Positions 26,131 to 39,353 of a stretch of 64,000 nt of DNA are shown in pieces. The stretch's first letter is position 1, and every line of letters starts with the position of its first letter. Position numbers and translations under genes: made by a program. The stretch comes from Eledone cirrhosa (Eukaryota). Where the stretch lies: NCBI GenBank assembly GCA_964016885.1, contig OZ024740.1:76508001-76572000 (forward strand), in the 5' to 3' direction. The notes below the pieces were generated by a model. It did not search any database. It was not told the origin of the DNA and was given only the letters and a program-made list of their open reading frames with translations.

Positions 26131-28397
26131 TTAGTGTTTTTTCCTGACCTTTTGCGAGGCTTGGAATGTAGTCAAAGCTTTATGAAAGCAGTTTGAGAAT
26201 AATTCACTTTTTTTGTTAATTAAGTTTTCATAATTAGTAATTATTAATAGGGTCTCCTTTGTGCAGAGGTTGCAGTTAATTGATATAGACGAGTTCGTGT
26301 ATATTTTACTATTACAAAGCTTCGTCCAAAAGATCGAGTATTTAAAATTTTTGTCTTTTAATGACCATATAAGTTGTGATAAAGAAGTCGAAGACTTCCT
26401 ATTAAAATTCGAAAATGAGCATTTGTGATTCGCAAATCTCGATTTAAATGTCGAAGAAGTTGCCCCTATGTAGTTGTATGTGTTGTTATTTGTTTTTACG
26501 GTGCATTTATACACCAGATTTCTATCCAGACAATTATTTTGCAGAGGGCAATCTGGTTTATTTCTACAATTACATTTCGATTTATTATTATTTATTTATT
26601 TAACACTATTATTAATAGCATTATGTTGATTTTCGGTTAGAATTATACTATTTAGTTTAGCGATGTTTTGGGCCATATTCATAGTTGTAGAATAAGAATG
26701 TTTAATTGTGTGTCTATTAAATATGGAGTGGTATTTATGTTGACTAGGGAAGGAACTATCTAAAGCTTTAAAAATAGATTGGCTATTGGTGTTCTTATTG
26801 CTACAGAAGCAGGGGGGGGGGCATATAACTGATTTAGTTCTGGTTCTTTTCCCCGATCTATTCACAGTACGGGTATTTGAATTATAATTATTTATAATTA
26901 TTAGAAGTTTTAGAATTTCGTTTATATATGACATTATTTCTATCAGGATTAAGACTCGGATTATTATTGTCTATATATTCTATATTATTTTTATTACCTG
27001 CCTTTCTTAGCGCATCGTTGTAATAACCTGCTTTTTCATCAAATATTGATTTATTGGCAGATATTCTAGTTATGCGTTTCTGTAAACTATTTACAATTCC
27101 GTTTTTCACAGATTAAGGGTGATTAGAGTAATAACTAACGTAATTTAAGTTTTCATTGGGCTTATGGAAAGGGTAATAAAAACCAGAGTTTAAGTTAAGG
27201 GAAACATCAAGGAAATTAACTATTTTGGTACCACTTTCTACCTCTACTTTAAGGTCGTAATTTTTAAAGAATTCAATTATATTTTTCTTTACCCTATTTA
27301 ATTCTAGATTGTTGTGTTTAACAACCGTAAATAAAATATCGTCCCTATATAAACCACCGGTAATCCCCGGCAGTTTTCTATTTATCATATTTAAGATGAA
27401 AATCCCCAGAAGATCCGTGACTTGCGATGAATCCGATGATCCCATGGTAATGTCGAAGTTTCTATTTCTATCTGAGCGGGTCCAATACTCATTGTTGAAG
27501 TTAATTAGAGTTCTTCTAACAGTTAATATGATATCAATTTCATCCGTAGTTAGATCTGTATGTTTGTAAGCGTATGATAAAGCTTTATTTAGTAGGTTAG
27601 GCGTAATGGAAGAGTAATAGCTTGTTATGTCCATCTGGATGAATTTATGGTTTTTCTTATCATCTATATTTTTATACCATTCAATCACTTCATTTGTATC
27701 CTACCACAAGCTCAATTTAGACCTCAATTTCAAAATAGGTAGGATTCTATCAATAATATTTTTACTGATTACTCCAATATCCGATTTGGATGGAGCAATC
27801 AGTCTATCTGGCAGGTCTTCCTCAAAGTTTTTTTTGTGATCTTTAAAATTGATCCGCGGCTGTATAAGAGGCTCGGTTCTTCCTTTAATTCCTAACTTTG
27901 CAATTAATTTATATGCATCATTATTGATGTCTGTAAGATCTTCAGCCGGGGCTTTTTTAATAATTTTTCCTTAGTTCTTTTAAAATCAAATCATTATATT
28001 CTTCTTTATTTATCCCATATAAATTATTTGTTTTGTCAGATTTTACCAATATTTTATTAACTTTTTTTATTTCCGAGATTTTTTCTTTTAAAGTTCTAAG
28101 GTATTGGTGACCTATATATGGGTTTTTCCTGAATTTAATTTTCTTAAGTATACTGAGCATTTCAGTTTCAAAATCCTCCAGGAGTTTGTTGTATGGAGGA
28201 TTCTTTCTGGATTTAAATATAGTTTCGAAATAATTGCTGTTGGTTGTTCTTTTAGCTTCTTTGTTATCGAAATGAAATGCTCGCCATCTCACTCTTCTTA
28301 TAAAAGAGTTTGTTTGTTCAATAAGTTTCCTCATGAATTCCTCATTAGATGGTATAGGTATATCCTTGAGGGATGTCGGGAAGGTGAAGAATTCCAT
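26131..28397 (-). pseudogene. Penelope RT + C-terminal GIY-YIG endonuclease, broken by stops and frameshifts
   Basis: SLKDIPIP, LVKSDKT, IQMDITSYYSSI, ITMGS, GLYRDDIL, FLDVSL, Y..SNHP; VYKC...NYIGAT..FKSRFANH, CNLC.KE, INKKSE..CFH across ORFs 27957-28397, 27113-27688, 26888-27109, 26596-26934 and 26131-26514. Confidence 0.9.
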
Positions 28398-28604
28398 AAT
28401 TTATTAAATATGCAATCTATTGTAGAGAAAAGCGCTCAACCTGCTGGGAGCTATATATATTTAAAAGTTAAACAAGGTTCAATGAATACACGAAAGAATG
28501 TGTTTTACAATAGATTGGAAGCACTCAACAGTAAAAAGGGTTTCCAGAGTTATTAATATTAATTCACAATATTAACAAAATAGATATTCTTGTGATCAAG
28601 TGTT

Positions 28605-28667
28605 TTTTATTATACATATTTCAGAGGTACTGAGTTAAGTTCAACAGTACGTCCTCATCAGATAAAA
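28605..28667 (-). ncRNA. pLTR hammerhead (5' pLTR)
   Basis: Same motif as 24062-24124. Confidence 0.8.
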
Positions 28668-28777
28668 TAAGATGATGCATGACATACCCTGACATAGTAG
28701 ATGGTTAAAATTCAGTCATGGTAGTGATTAACATATGACAAAACTCAATATTTATACCCTAATATTGAGAACATGAG

Positions 28778-28867
<90 letters not shown>

Positions 28868-28982
28868 GGTAGAGTATCACATATTATATGAAGAAAGTCA
28901 ACAGGTATTATCTCCGCAATTAAAGATAAACATTCACTGTGACCGACAGATAATATTAGCAATAAGTACATCAATTACTAAT

Positions 28983-29147
28983 ATTTGTTTCTACTTTTTG
29001 CACAAGGCCAGCAATTATCCCAGTGTATTACTGGTACTTCATTTTATCGACCCCGTAAGGACGAAAGGCAAAGTTAACCTCGGATTTGAACTCCGACCAT
29101 AAAAGGGCCGTAACTCTTTGCTGTAAAGTATCGCGTCCTGCCAATTA
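28983..29147 (-). mobile_element. SINE family 1
   Basis: Reverse complement of the family body and B-box. Confidence 0.8.
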
Positions 29148-29454
29148 CTAATATTATCTGTCGGTCACATTCACTGTTATGGATCTCATTTCCAGATAGA
29201 GCTGATTCAAATTCTTGAAAAGTTTAGATTATGCAGGGAGCTTTGAGGTTGTATTTAGAACTAATGTTGACAGGAACCGCAAAGTGTCGTTGGTAGCCGT
29301 TTCTTCCAAATGACTATTTGTATAAGCTACCACTGGCAAAACTTTGAAGTAACTGTATATGATTTCATATGTATCGAGCTTCTTTTTTTACTAAATGTGT
29401 ACCGGTATGGTTTATCTAAAAACTCGATTATTAAGTCCATCCTTCGAATTAAAG

Positions 29455-29541
29455 TACCGTATTTCCCGCCGCCGATGACGCTTCGTTCTCGAGGACTTAT
29501 TTTAGGAAAAAGTAGCGTCTTCGACGCCGGGAAATACGGTA
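29455..29541. mobile_element. Tiny Tc1/mariner-superfamily MITE (87 bp including TA TSDs)
   Basis: ta|ccgtatttcccg...cgggaaatacgg|ta with inner gacgct/agcgtc. Confidence 0.7.
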
Positions 29542-29559
29542 TATATCGACAGTCGATCG

Positions 29560-29760
29560 ACTTTCGTCAAATCGGACCGAGGAAACAATGTTTCCATTGG
29601 TCTTTCCAATTGCTAATACTATCTATCGGTCGCAACTCCAGGTAGAAGGAGCGACGCGAAATAAAGTGTCTTGCTCAAGGACATAACGCATCGCCCGGTT
29701 CGGGAATCGAACTCACAACCTTACGATTGTGAATCCAATTCTCTAACCACTCAGCCATGG
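29560..29760 (-). mobile_element. SINE family 2 variant
   Basis: tggctgagtggttagag...gagttcgattccc...ccttgagcaagacactttatttc; 3' part also seen at ~49275-49350. Confidence 0.75.
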
Positions 29761-29857
<97 letters not shown>

Positions 29858-29889
29858 CAAAATTTAATATAGAAATGGCTTCTACAGGA

Positions 29890-30135
29890 CTACACTGCCT
29901 TGGTGTCCACACCGACTCTCTAATAGTCCAGCTGTTGTCTCTAAAACGAGAGACGTGGCGAGCCCATCTATGTTTGCCCTTCTTGGTGGTCTTGATTACG
30001 TTCTTCACGCCAGTCTGCTGTCGAATCCAGGTGTTACTGTTCCTGTCATGTAAAATGATGCCAAGCATAATTCGTTCCATTTCATGTTGGGCTACTGCAA
30101 GAGTCTGAGCAGTGGTGTTGTGTGGCCACATCTCA
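29890..30135 (-). mobile_element. RTE LINE 3' fragment
   Basis: MERIMLGIILHDRNSNTWIRQQTGV...KHRWARHVSR..D.SWT. Confidence 0.8.
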
Positions 30136-30484
30136 CTAGATCTCTCTCGGGCTTACCATCTTGAAGATGCAAGTTCGATTCTCGGACCGGGCTTGAGCAA
30201 GGCACTTTATTTCACGTTGCTCCAGTTTACGTTCATTGTTGTCAGGGGCCGTTTAGCTTAATGTTTGAGCAGTCAGTCGGTATATGAAAGACATATTCGA
30301 TTCTTCATAGTGACAGCTGGTTTTCTAAGATATTTATAGCAACTGTATTTACAGATAATTTCTGCATCTGAGTTTTCCTACATTTTCTATGAACCTTATA
30401 ATATCTCAGCACTCCGAAATTTCAAACTTTGTATACTATATATATCAGTAATTAGTGTGGGTTTGGTTGTTAATATGATAGATG

Positions 30485-30640
30485 CAGGCGACGAATTGGC
30501 AGAAGCGCTAGAACGTCGGATAGAATGCTTTGTAGTATTTGTTCCGGCTCTCTTCTCACTGAGTTCAAATACCGCCGAGGTCAACTTTGCCTTTCATCCT
30601 GTCGAGGTCGATAAAAAAAGTACCACTTTAGTACTGGTGT
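30485..30640 (+). mobile_element. SINE family 1, older subfamily
   Basis: ggcgacgaattggcagaagcg...ctgagttcaaataccgccgaggtcaactttgcc. Confidence 0.75.
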
Positions 30641-31206
30641 TGATTTTTCCTCTATATCTCTTTCTCACTTACTCTCTCTCTAACTGTCTATCATTCTCTG
30701 GAAGAAATCTGCCGTGTTCAGACCTGGAGAGTGATGGGGATTTTTAAATGTCCTAGACACCACGGCGCACCTACGACTCAATAAGAAGTGACGGGACCAT
30801 GTATGCTAGGAGTGTTTTGCGTATATTACTGAAGGGCGTGATTGTTTTTGGTTTATGTCTAGTGTCGAATGTATCTGGCGGGTCAGGGTGAGTGTAGATT
30901 TATAACTTTAATTGTTTGGTTCCTTGGATAGTGTTGGTTTGGAGTGGCTTTGTTTGTGTTTATGATAGGGCGATTAACAGTCCAGCTTCTATAAATATAT
31001 ACAAATAGGATATGAAGCATCCGAAATTATAATTGTTTCTACTTTTTGGCACAAGACCAGCAATTACCCAGTGCATGAATCCGTGCTTTTTATTTGGCTC
31101 CAGTGTTATTTTTTTTATAGATATTACATAGAGAGTTAAAAAGACACACACATACACACACATACACACACACACATACACACTCACATACGCACATATA
31201 TATCAG

Positions 31207-31317
<111 letters not shown>

Positions 31318-31518
31318 ACGTGCGTGTGTGTGTGTGTGTGAGTGTGTATGTATAAACTTAGGAAAATTAACAAAATGAGGACAAAACAACGAACGAAAAC
31401 AAGGCAAAAGGAAAAACAATTTTTAAAGGGTAAACCTTAAAAATTAATTTTAAAAAAATACAAACAAAAGACATGGCACTTCTTATTTATGAAATAATAT
31501 TTAGGGGTTTCTATATCA

Positions 31519-31742
<224 letters not shown>

Positions 31743-31908
31743 CAGTATCGGTAGAGGGTCGGACATACTTTCCAGCATAGTTACGCTCCTTTACGATCTG
31801 AGTTCAAATCCGGCCGAGGTTAACTTTGCCTTTCATCCTTACGGGGTCGATAAAATAAAGTACCAGTAATGTACTAGGTTTTGCTGGCCTTGTGCCTATA
31901 ATAGAAAA
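31743..31908 (+). mobile_element. SINE family 1
   Basis: Family body and tail. Confidence 0.8.
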
Positions 31909-31921
31909 AAAAAATTATTAC

Positions 31922-31966
<45 letters not shown>

Positions 31967-32065
31967 AGAAATTGATTGATTGATTTATATATATGCGCCA
32001 GACTGGTAGTCGCGATAAGAGAAAACCATATTGATACTTAGTAGCAGTTTTAGTAGTAGTAGTAA

Positions 32066-32097
<32 letters not shown>

Positions 32098-32334
32098 AAA
32101 ATAGAATAAAGAAGTAGAAAAAGAAAAGGAAGTAGGAGGAAAAGAGAAATGAAGTGAAAAGATGGCGACGGAGTAAGAAGCAACAGCCGAAGACAAAAAC
32201 GAAAGGAAGAAAAGAAGGATATGTTAAAGAACCAGGGGTAGGGCAACATTTCCCCAGTCTAAGCCTGCTAAAAGAATGTATGTGGTGGGGACGGTGGAAA
32301 CGATGATGGTGTTGTATTTATTAGCAGTGACATT

Positions 32335-34230
32335 GGGGTGGTAGTGGAGATGGTGGTGGCGGAGATGGTGGTAGTGGTGGAGATGGTGGTGGTGGAGATG
32401 GTGGTGGCGGAGATGGTGGTGGTGGTGGAGATGGTGGTGGCGGAGATGGTGGTGGTGGTGGAGATGGTGGTGGTGGAGATGGTGGTGGCGGAGATGTTGG
32501 TGGTGGAGATGGTGGTGGCGGTGGTGGAAATGGTGGTGGCGGAGATGTTGGTGGTGGAGATGGTGGTGGTGGTGGTGGTGGAGATAGTGGTGGCGGAGGA
32601 GATGGTGGTGGTGGAGGAGATGGTGATGGTCTAGGAGATGGTGGTGGTGGTGGAGATGGTGGTGGTGGTGGAGATGGTGGTGGCGGAGATGTTGGTGGTG
32701 GAGATGGTGGTGGTGCAAATGGTAGTGGTGGATATAGTGGTGGTGGTGGAGATGGTGGTGGTGGAGGAAATGGTGGCGGTGGAGGAGATGGTAGGGGTGG
32801 TGGAGATGGTGGTGGCGGAGATGTTGGTGGTGGTGGAGATGGTGGTGGCGGTGGTGGAAATGGTGGTGGTGGAGATGGCGGTGGTGGAGATGGTGGCAGT
32901 GGAGATGGTTGTGGTGGTGGTAGTGGAGATAGTGATGGTAACGGTGATGTTGTTGGTGGTGGTTGTGGTAAAAGTAGTTGTGGTGGTCGTGGTGGTAGTG
33001 TTGATGGTGGCGGTGGCGGTGACGATGGTGGTGGAAGTGGGGGTGTGATGTTGGTGGTGCATTTATTAATTACATAGGCAATATGAAGGCGGGAGTGGTG
33101 ATGGAGGTAGTTGTGGTGGTGGTGGTGGTGGTGTCAGCGATGATAGACGTGGTGGCGATGCTAGTCGTGGTAGAGTTGTTGTTGTTGATGTTGTTGGTTG
33201 TAGGTTTATTAGCAGTAAGTGGGGGGGGGGGGTGCTGGTAGGTAATAGTGGTCGGAAGTATAGAGGCTTGATGGGTATGTGACGGCGTCTTACTAGGGAG
33301 ACGGGTCTACTGTTAGGAAATGCGGGGGAGGAGATTTAGTGCGGGGGTGGAAGCATCTTAACTAAACGAGAAGCGGTAGTGGAGGTGGTGGTTGTAGTGG
33401 TGATGGTAGTGTTGGTGCTGGCAGTGATGTTGGTAGAGGTGGTGGTTCTGGTGGTGGTGGTGGGGTTGGTGGTGTCACTGCTGGTGCTGGTTGCTGTATA
33501 TTTCAGGATGGTAGTGGAAGTGATGTTTGCAATTTGTTGTTGTTATCGTTGCTGATGGTGGCGTTGGTAGAGGTGGTCGGGGGTGGAGGGCTGGTTGAAA
33601 GGTTTTGATGTCGGTGGTGGTGGTGATGGTGGTGTGCTTGTTGTGGTGTTGGTGTTGTTGTGGTGATAGTGATAATGGTGGCGATGGTGTTGGTGTTGTT
33701 GTGGTGATAGTGATAATGGTGGCGATGGTGTTGGTGTTGTTGTGGTGATAGTGATAATGGTGGTATTGGTGTTGGTGGTGTGCTTGTTGTGGTGTTGGTG
33801 TTGTTGTGGTGATAGTGATATTGGTGGTGATGGTGCTGTTTGTGGTGCTGGTGGTTGTGGTGGTTGTATTGGTTGTGGTAGTAGTAGTTGTGGTGGTGGT
33901 GGTAATAGTGGTTGGTTGAAAGTGTTTTTTGTGACTGTGGTGGAATTGGTGGTGCTGGTGTTCTTTCTGATGCAGATGTTGTTGTTATTGTTATTCCTAG
34001 GGGTGGAGGTGGCGATGGGGTATTGGTGGGAATGATGGTGTGTTTAGCCCCCAGTTGATATTAGTGGTTTTTGAAACGGTGGTTGTGGTAATGGTATTTG
34101 TTATGATGATGTTGATGGTGTTGATGTTGTTAGTATTACTGGTTTTACTGGTGTTTGTGTTGGTTGTGGTGGTGGTGGTGATGGTGGCGGTGGTGTTGAT
34201 GGTGGTAATATTGTTGTTGTTAATATTTTA
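32335..34230. repeat. GGT-rich low-complexity region with a ggtggagat minisatellite-like core (32335-32940)
   Basis: Directly visible; source of the poly-His/Val/Thr ORFs. Confidence 0.9.
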
Positions 34231-34499
34231 ATGATGTATATAATGGGGATTGTGCTGATGACGTTGATTTTATTGTAGTCCAAGATCACCTCTGATTAAC
34301 AGGGTTTTAAGATAGCTAGTCCAGATGAGCAGGGATCCTTGTATTGTAGTAACCACAGAAGAGACTAAGAAAAGAACTAGCGCATTTGTGAACGGGACGA
34401 TGCATGCTAGTGTTGATAAATATATATTTGTCAAACAACACGACAGCCTTTAACTCTACAAAATACTTCAGCAATGTCTCCGCCTCTCCCCCCCCCCCC

Positions 34500-34660
34500 C
34501 CGTTTCTCACTATTTTAAGCAAATGTACGCCCATGCGCTGGTCGGCCCACTGCCCCGACGGACGGAATAGTGAAGTCGTTTCCCTGGATGATGGTCAGGG
34601 AGATGCGTTGGAAGAGCCATTCCAGCTCGTGAGATTAAGTGCTTCTAAGATCATAGGACT
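34500..34660 (-). mobile_element. Possible CRE-clade non-LTR 3' end fragment
   Basis: Minus-strand translation ..ELEWLFQRISLTIIQGNDFTI.. resembles the LFQRLSxAIQRGN terminus of CRE-type elements; GC-rich island. Confidence 0.45.
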
Positions 34661-36055
34661 CCAGCCTTGACCATCCCATATTTTTTCAAGCAATGTTTAT
34701 CTAGGACTACAATATCCAATGAGTCTTCTTCCAGTGACCTCATAAAGCCCTTCAACTAGTGAGCATAATATGCATCGCATCAGTCTTACGAAGAAATACA
34801 CCATTGTTTGACAATGTTAGTCACATATGGTGTGGCGTATGAGAAGAATTATGAAAGACAGTAGAGAGACAAACAATATGTGCGTTTTACATTCACTTCG
34901 TACACACAAATATATACACAATAGCCTTAACATGTATCCATGCTAATTGGCTTTTCATCAGAAAAAATATTCTTATTTTTTTTGTATACGGAGAGAACTG
35001 ATAGCAAACTTACTTTTAAGAACAAAAAAACACAACAACAACAAAAAAAAAACAACAGAACATAACGACCAGTCTAATATATCTGACAGGCATTTGTTTA
35101 GGAAAATAAATAAGTAAATAAATATTTATGCATAACACAGCGAATTAAAAAAAAATCTAAGATATACGTAACTTTGGTAAGCCTACAGTGTTAAATGATA
35201 AGCTTCATAATGAAATATGATCATTTTGTTATTCTCTTCGTACGCAGGGAAAGAAAGAAATTGCTATACATGCTTCACGGTTAATTGACTGTTTCTCAGA
35301 AGACAATATATTTGTTTATTTTTCCAGAGCAAGGTTTATTATTTAAAACTGTAGTCACATTTACGTTAAATTTGTTTTAGGTTTTCTCATATAGAATGTG
35401 CTGTGCATAAATATGTGTATGTATTATTAGTGTTTGTTATTCCTAGATTTGATCGACATCACACCACACTATCTTTGCCACTGCATCATACCAATCTTCG
35501 CTATATCTCACCCACTGCTCCATCAAAACATTTGACTGCATCCTCTTACAAGAGAGCCTCTGCGTGGTCATTTTACCTACTGAAAATAGCAACCAAATCT
35601 CTCGAATTCACACGTTACTATCATTAAACAAGTGCAGCTATATCAGTCTAAAAGCTGGATAGCCACTGCTGGAACGTCTTTCATTCTAGATTTGGTGACC
35701 AAGCTGACACGAAGCTAATCAACAACAGTAATAACAACCGCTCTACTATATCACTGCACCACGCCATGATATTACAACAGCACTACTATACTACAATACA
35801 ACAATAACACGACATTCATTCATCATATTCCATGCCGCCTCTATATGGAACCATAGCCATACTATAAGACCGTTTCATTGCTGTACTAATAAACCACTAC
35901 ACTATTATATGAACACGATTACAAAGAACATTATCAAATGTGTCCCTCTTATTACCAAAACGGTAAGGTGTAATTTAGAGAGGGAGGTTTTACAGCTTTT
36001 TCTAGCAGGTTGAACGGTTGCGTAAGACGCTCTCTTGCTGGTTCATCTCACACGG

Positions 36056-36099
<44 letters not shown>

Positions 36100-36279
36100 C
36101 TTGCTGCTATATCTAGCGTTAACCTAATATATCCCTTCCATATACTGTACCAGTTGTGTTGTTATTTCTGTTTACCTTTTACACACATATATATATTTGG
36201 CTGCTATTTCTAGTAGGTCACGCGACCATGTAGAGGTTCTCCCATTGGCTTGTTTCTCTAAGTTGTAGGTGCATATAGA

Positions 36280-37437
36280 GAGGACTACTGGCTTTTCAAA
36301 TTTAGCTGTCCTTTTAGCACTGACGGGGACCATCACTGTTTTATTAATATCGATGTAGTTTTTTTATATCGATATTGCATGGGCATCCACTGATGAGTTA
36401 TAAGGGCCCGCTTGTGTGTATATCTATGGATTATATACAAGTTTCTACATAACCTGGACATTATTTATCCCAAATTGTAGAAATCTCATAACGAAACGAT
36501 CGTATGGAAGGAAAGAGAGATTTACTTAATTGTGTCTCATATAAAATAATACAACCAGCTATCCACGGAATACTGTATAGTTAACACCCAAATACTAAAT
36601 TGGGATTATATTTAGGTATATCCTAATGTTTGTTGAGTGAGATGGAGTTGGTCAGAGTATCGCTTAAAGCTTTCTCTGTTAATGTATTAAATATTATACT
36701 CTTGGATGGCCAGATATAAAAATTCCAGATATTTAAGTATGACCTTCTTTATTCTTTATATGAAATATTGATTGCATTTTCCTATATCTCATGCCTGATA
36801 TTTTAGCCTGAGAAAATACCTATATGTGTGTATAGATAGTGCGTACATATATTTATTATTATTTTTTTAATATATCTATGTGTGTATTGGTTGTACATAC
36901 ATATATTTATTTTTTAAATATTCAATTGAGTTCTTAAACACGTGGTTAAAATACCAAACAGGCTTCAATGACCAGCGTGTATATTATTTTATATTTTACG
37001 ATGACCTCCCCTTTCCCTTTTGGGGACAGTGTGAATTTTCTTTTTGAAGGACTACTGGCTTTTCAAATTTAGCTGTCCTTCTAGCACTGACGGAGACCAT
37101 CACTATTTTATTAATATCGATGTAGTTTTTTTATATCGATATTGCATGGGCATCCACTGATGAGTTATAAGGGCTCGCTTGTGTGTATATCTATGGATTA
37201 TATACAAGTTTCTACATAACCTGGACATTATTTATCCCAAATTGTAGAAATCTTATAACGAAACGATCGTATGGAAGAAAAGAGAGATTTATTTAAATAT
37301 GTCTCATATAAAATAATACAACCAGCTATCCACGAAATACTATATAGTTAGCACCCCAAACACTAAATTGGGATTATATTTAGGTATATCCTAATGTTTG
37401 TTGAGTGAGATGGAGTTGGTCAGAGTATCGCTTAAAG
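36280..37437 (+). mobile_element. Partial tandem of a ~767-nt non-coding HHR unit (family H4)
   Basis: Direct repeats ~36280-36670 and ~37048-37437, each with an HHR; ends at (TA)n. Confidence 0.85.
36386..36508 (+). ncRNA. Type I hammerhead with ~95-nt branched helix II (second copy 37153-37275)
   Basis: tcca-CTGATGA-gttat...ataac-GAAA-cgatcg-TA-tgga; GUA site. Confidence 0.8.
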
Positions 37438-37578
<141 letters not shown>

Positions 37579-38326
37579 TGTGTCTGTGTGTGTGTGTGTG
37601 TGTGTGTGTATTGACTGTCTCTTTGAAAGTATTGTAAACGATTTAAAGAAACGTTATTCCAATACTGGACATAGTATTATCTAGTGTTCCTTTGAAAACA
37701 GAGTGAGATGATTTGAAGAAATGATACAGCAATATCGTCGTACTAAAGTAGAAACTATTAGTCTGAGAGAGATAACACATTGAAGCCGATCATTAAAATA
37801 CTACCAAGATTGGAGACACAATATATTGTCAAAGATCTACCAGCTATAAACAACATCATTCTATACATCGGAGTTACAAAAGGATTCCACAACAGAATCT
37901 TTTAGCTACTTTACAGCTTCCTTCATTTTCTATTTTTTTCTTTATTATTGTTTTTTTTTATGCTACGCCTTTTTTAAAATCTTTGACTATCATATTGTAC
38001 CAAATGCCTCCTCTAGTCTGTCATGGCTCACCAGCTTTATACAGTTGTTTAAATAAAATAAATAAATAAAATACCGTTATTTAAGATTTGAAGAAACATT
38101 ATAAGCCAGGGTGTTCGGCAAGAGAAAATATCGTGGCGTCTGGCAACAGCATCTTTAGGGACAGACTGGTACACCAGTTCTTGCCTGACTCACTTTTGGC
38201 CCCGGGACATTGTTTAGCCACACTATGAGAACTGCTGGATACATAGTTAAACATCTAGAGTAAAACCCCAATGACAAGTTGCACCAGTCACGGAAATTTG
38301 CTAGATTGACCCCCCCCCCCCCCCCC

Positions 38327-38378
<52 letters not shown>

Positions 38379-39002
38379 CACACACACACACAAGTATATA
38401 TATATATATATTATATTACACGGCCCGGAAAATGTTTTCCTTGAGCTAATTTTAATTGTAAGGGACCTTACTGAGTTTCTAACTCAATATATACTTTGAA
38501 ATACGGCTCCTTGAATTTTATAGAGCTTAATAATTGTCCCGTGAACCAAGCTGCTATTTTTTTTAGCAGTATAAGATTTTTACGAGACACACTGGGCTCT
38601 GAATGCCACATACTTATTCTAAATGCGCGTTTCATTTAGTCTTCTAAGAAACCTAGAATGTGAAGAGTCTACTAATTCTTTACATCCACTGAAGAGCAGA
38701 AGAATTGGTAATTCCCTTCACTTGATGCAAAACAGTTTACCAAAGACTGTGTGAATGTTCGATAGTTATCACAAAGGGTTTTACTTTTCTCAATTTTTTC
38801 TTTTAATTGAGTCTAGCAGAGCGTTTTGTTTTATAGTTAGTATACTATTCACCCTAGCGAATCTGGTCCCTTATAATCTGAACACAGATGTGTATATATC
38901 TGTGTTTATCTGTCTTTATTATATTGAATTATATGTATATATATATATACATTTTTTTACACACCACTTTTATGTAACTTCCTGTGCTCTTTTTATTCGA
39001 AA

Positions 39003-39035
39003 TTTCCTGATGAAGGACTTCTGTCCGAAACAGCA
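39003..39035 (+). ncRNA. Hammerhead core with decayed 3' side (module ending at (TA)n, ~39120)
   Basis: CTGATGA-a ggac ttct gtcc-GAAA. Confidence 0.55.
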
Positions 39036-39115
39036 AACTCTCCTCCATTTCTTGCAAGCATAAACCTTATATAACTGTATTTGTGCATCCCAGTGTTTGT
39101 TTTGTTTCATTTATC

Positions 39116-39231
<116 letters not shown>

Positions 39232-39317
39232 TAAACAGAAATAACAGAAATATCAAAACAAATGGCACAGTACATGGAAAAAATATATTAGTTTATATTG
39301 AAATAGCAGGAAGAGAG

Positions 39318-39353
39318 TCTTAACTTGTCGGACACTAGTCCTTCGTCAGAAGA
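39318..39353 (-). ncRNA. Family H3 hammerhead with GAAA>GACA (module ~39228-39455, abutting (CA)n)
   Basis: tctt-CTGACGA-a ggac tagt gtcc-GACA-agT-T-aaga. Confidence 0.6.

Larger units (their letters stand above)
23917..28779 (-). mobile_element. Penelope-like retroelement with ~320-bp direct pLTRs (23917-24237, 28460-28779), inserted in (TA)n
   Basis: Near-identical direct terminal repeats, each containing an HHR; RT and GIY-YIG coding region; (TA)n at both ends. Confidence 0.9.

Noticed and set aside
26131-28397. Selenocysteine or programmed recoding in the Penelope ORF
   Set aside because: The breaks I could read are TAA/TAG stops and frameshifts, consistent with decay, not in-frame UGA.
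32224-33062. His-rich, Val-rich and Thr-rich ORFs
   Set aside because: Translations of a GGT/GAT low-complexity repeat that is open in several frames on both strands; no splice or domain support.
34404-34670. Possible host exon on the plus strand (GC-rich, ag...gt bounded)
   Set aside because: No recognisable protein; the minus strand better matches a CRE-type retrotransposon terminus.
38687-38740. CTGAAGA-gca...tgc-AAAA possible hammerhead
   Set aside because: GAAA box absent and helices I and III not convincing; at most a decayed remnant.
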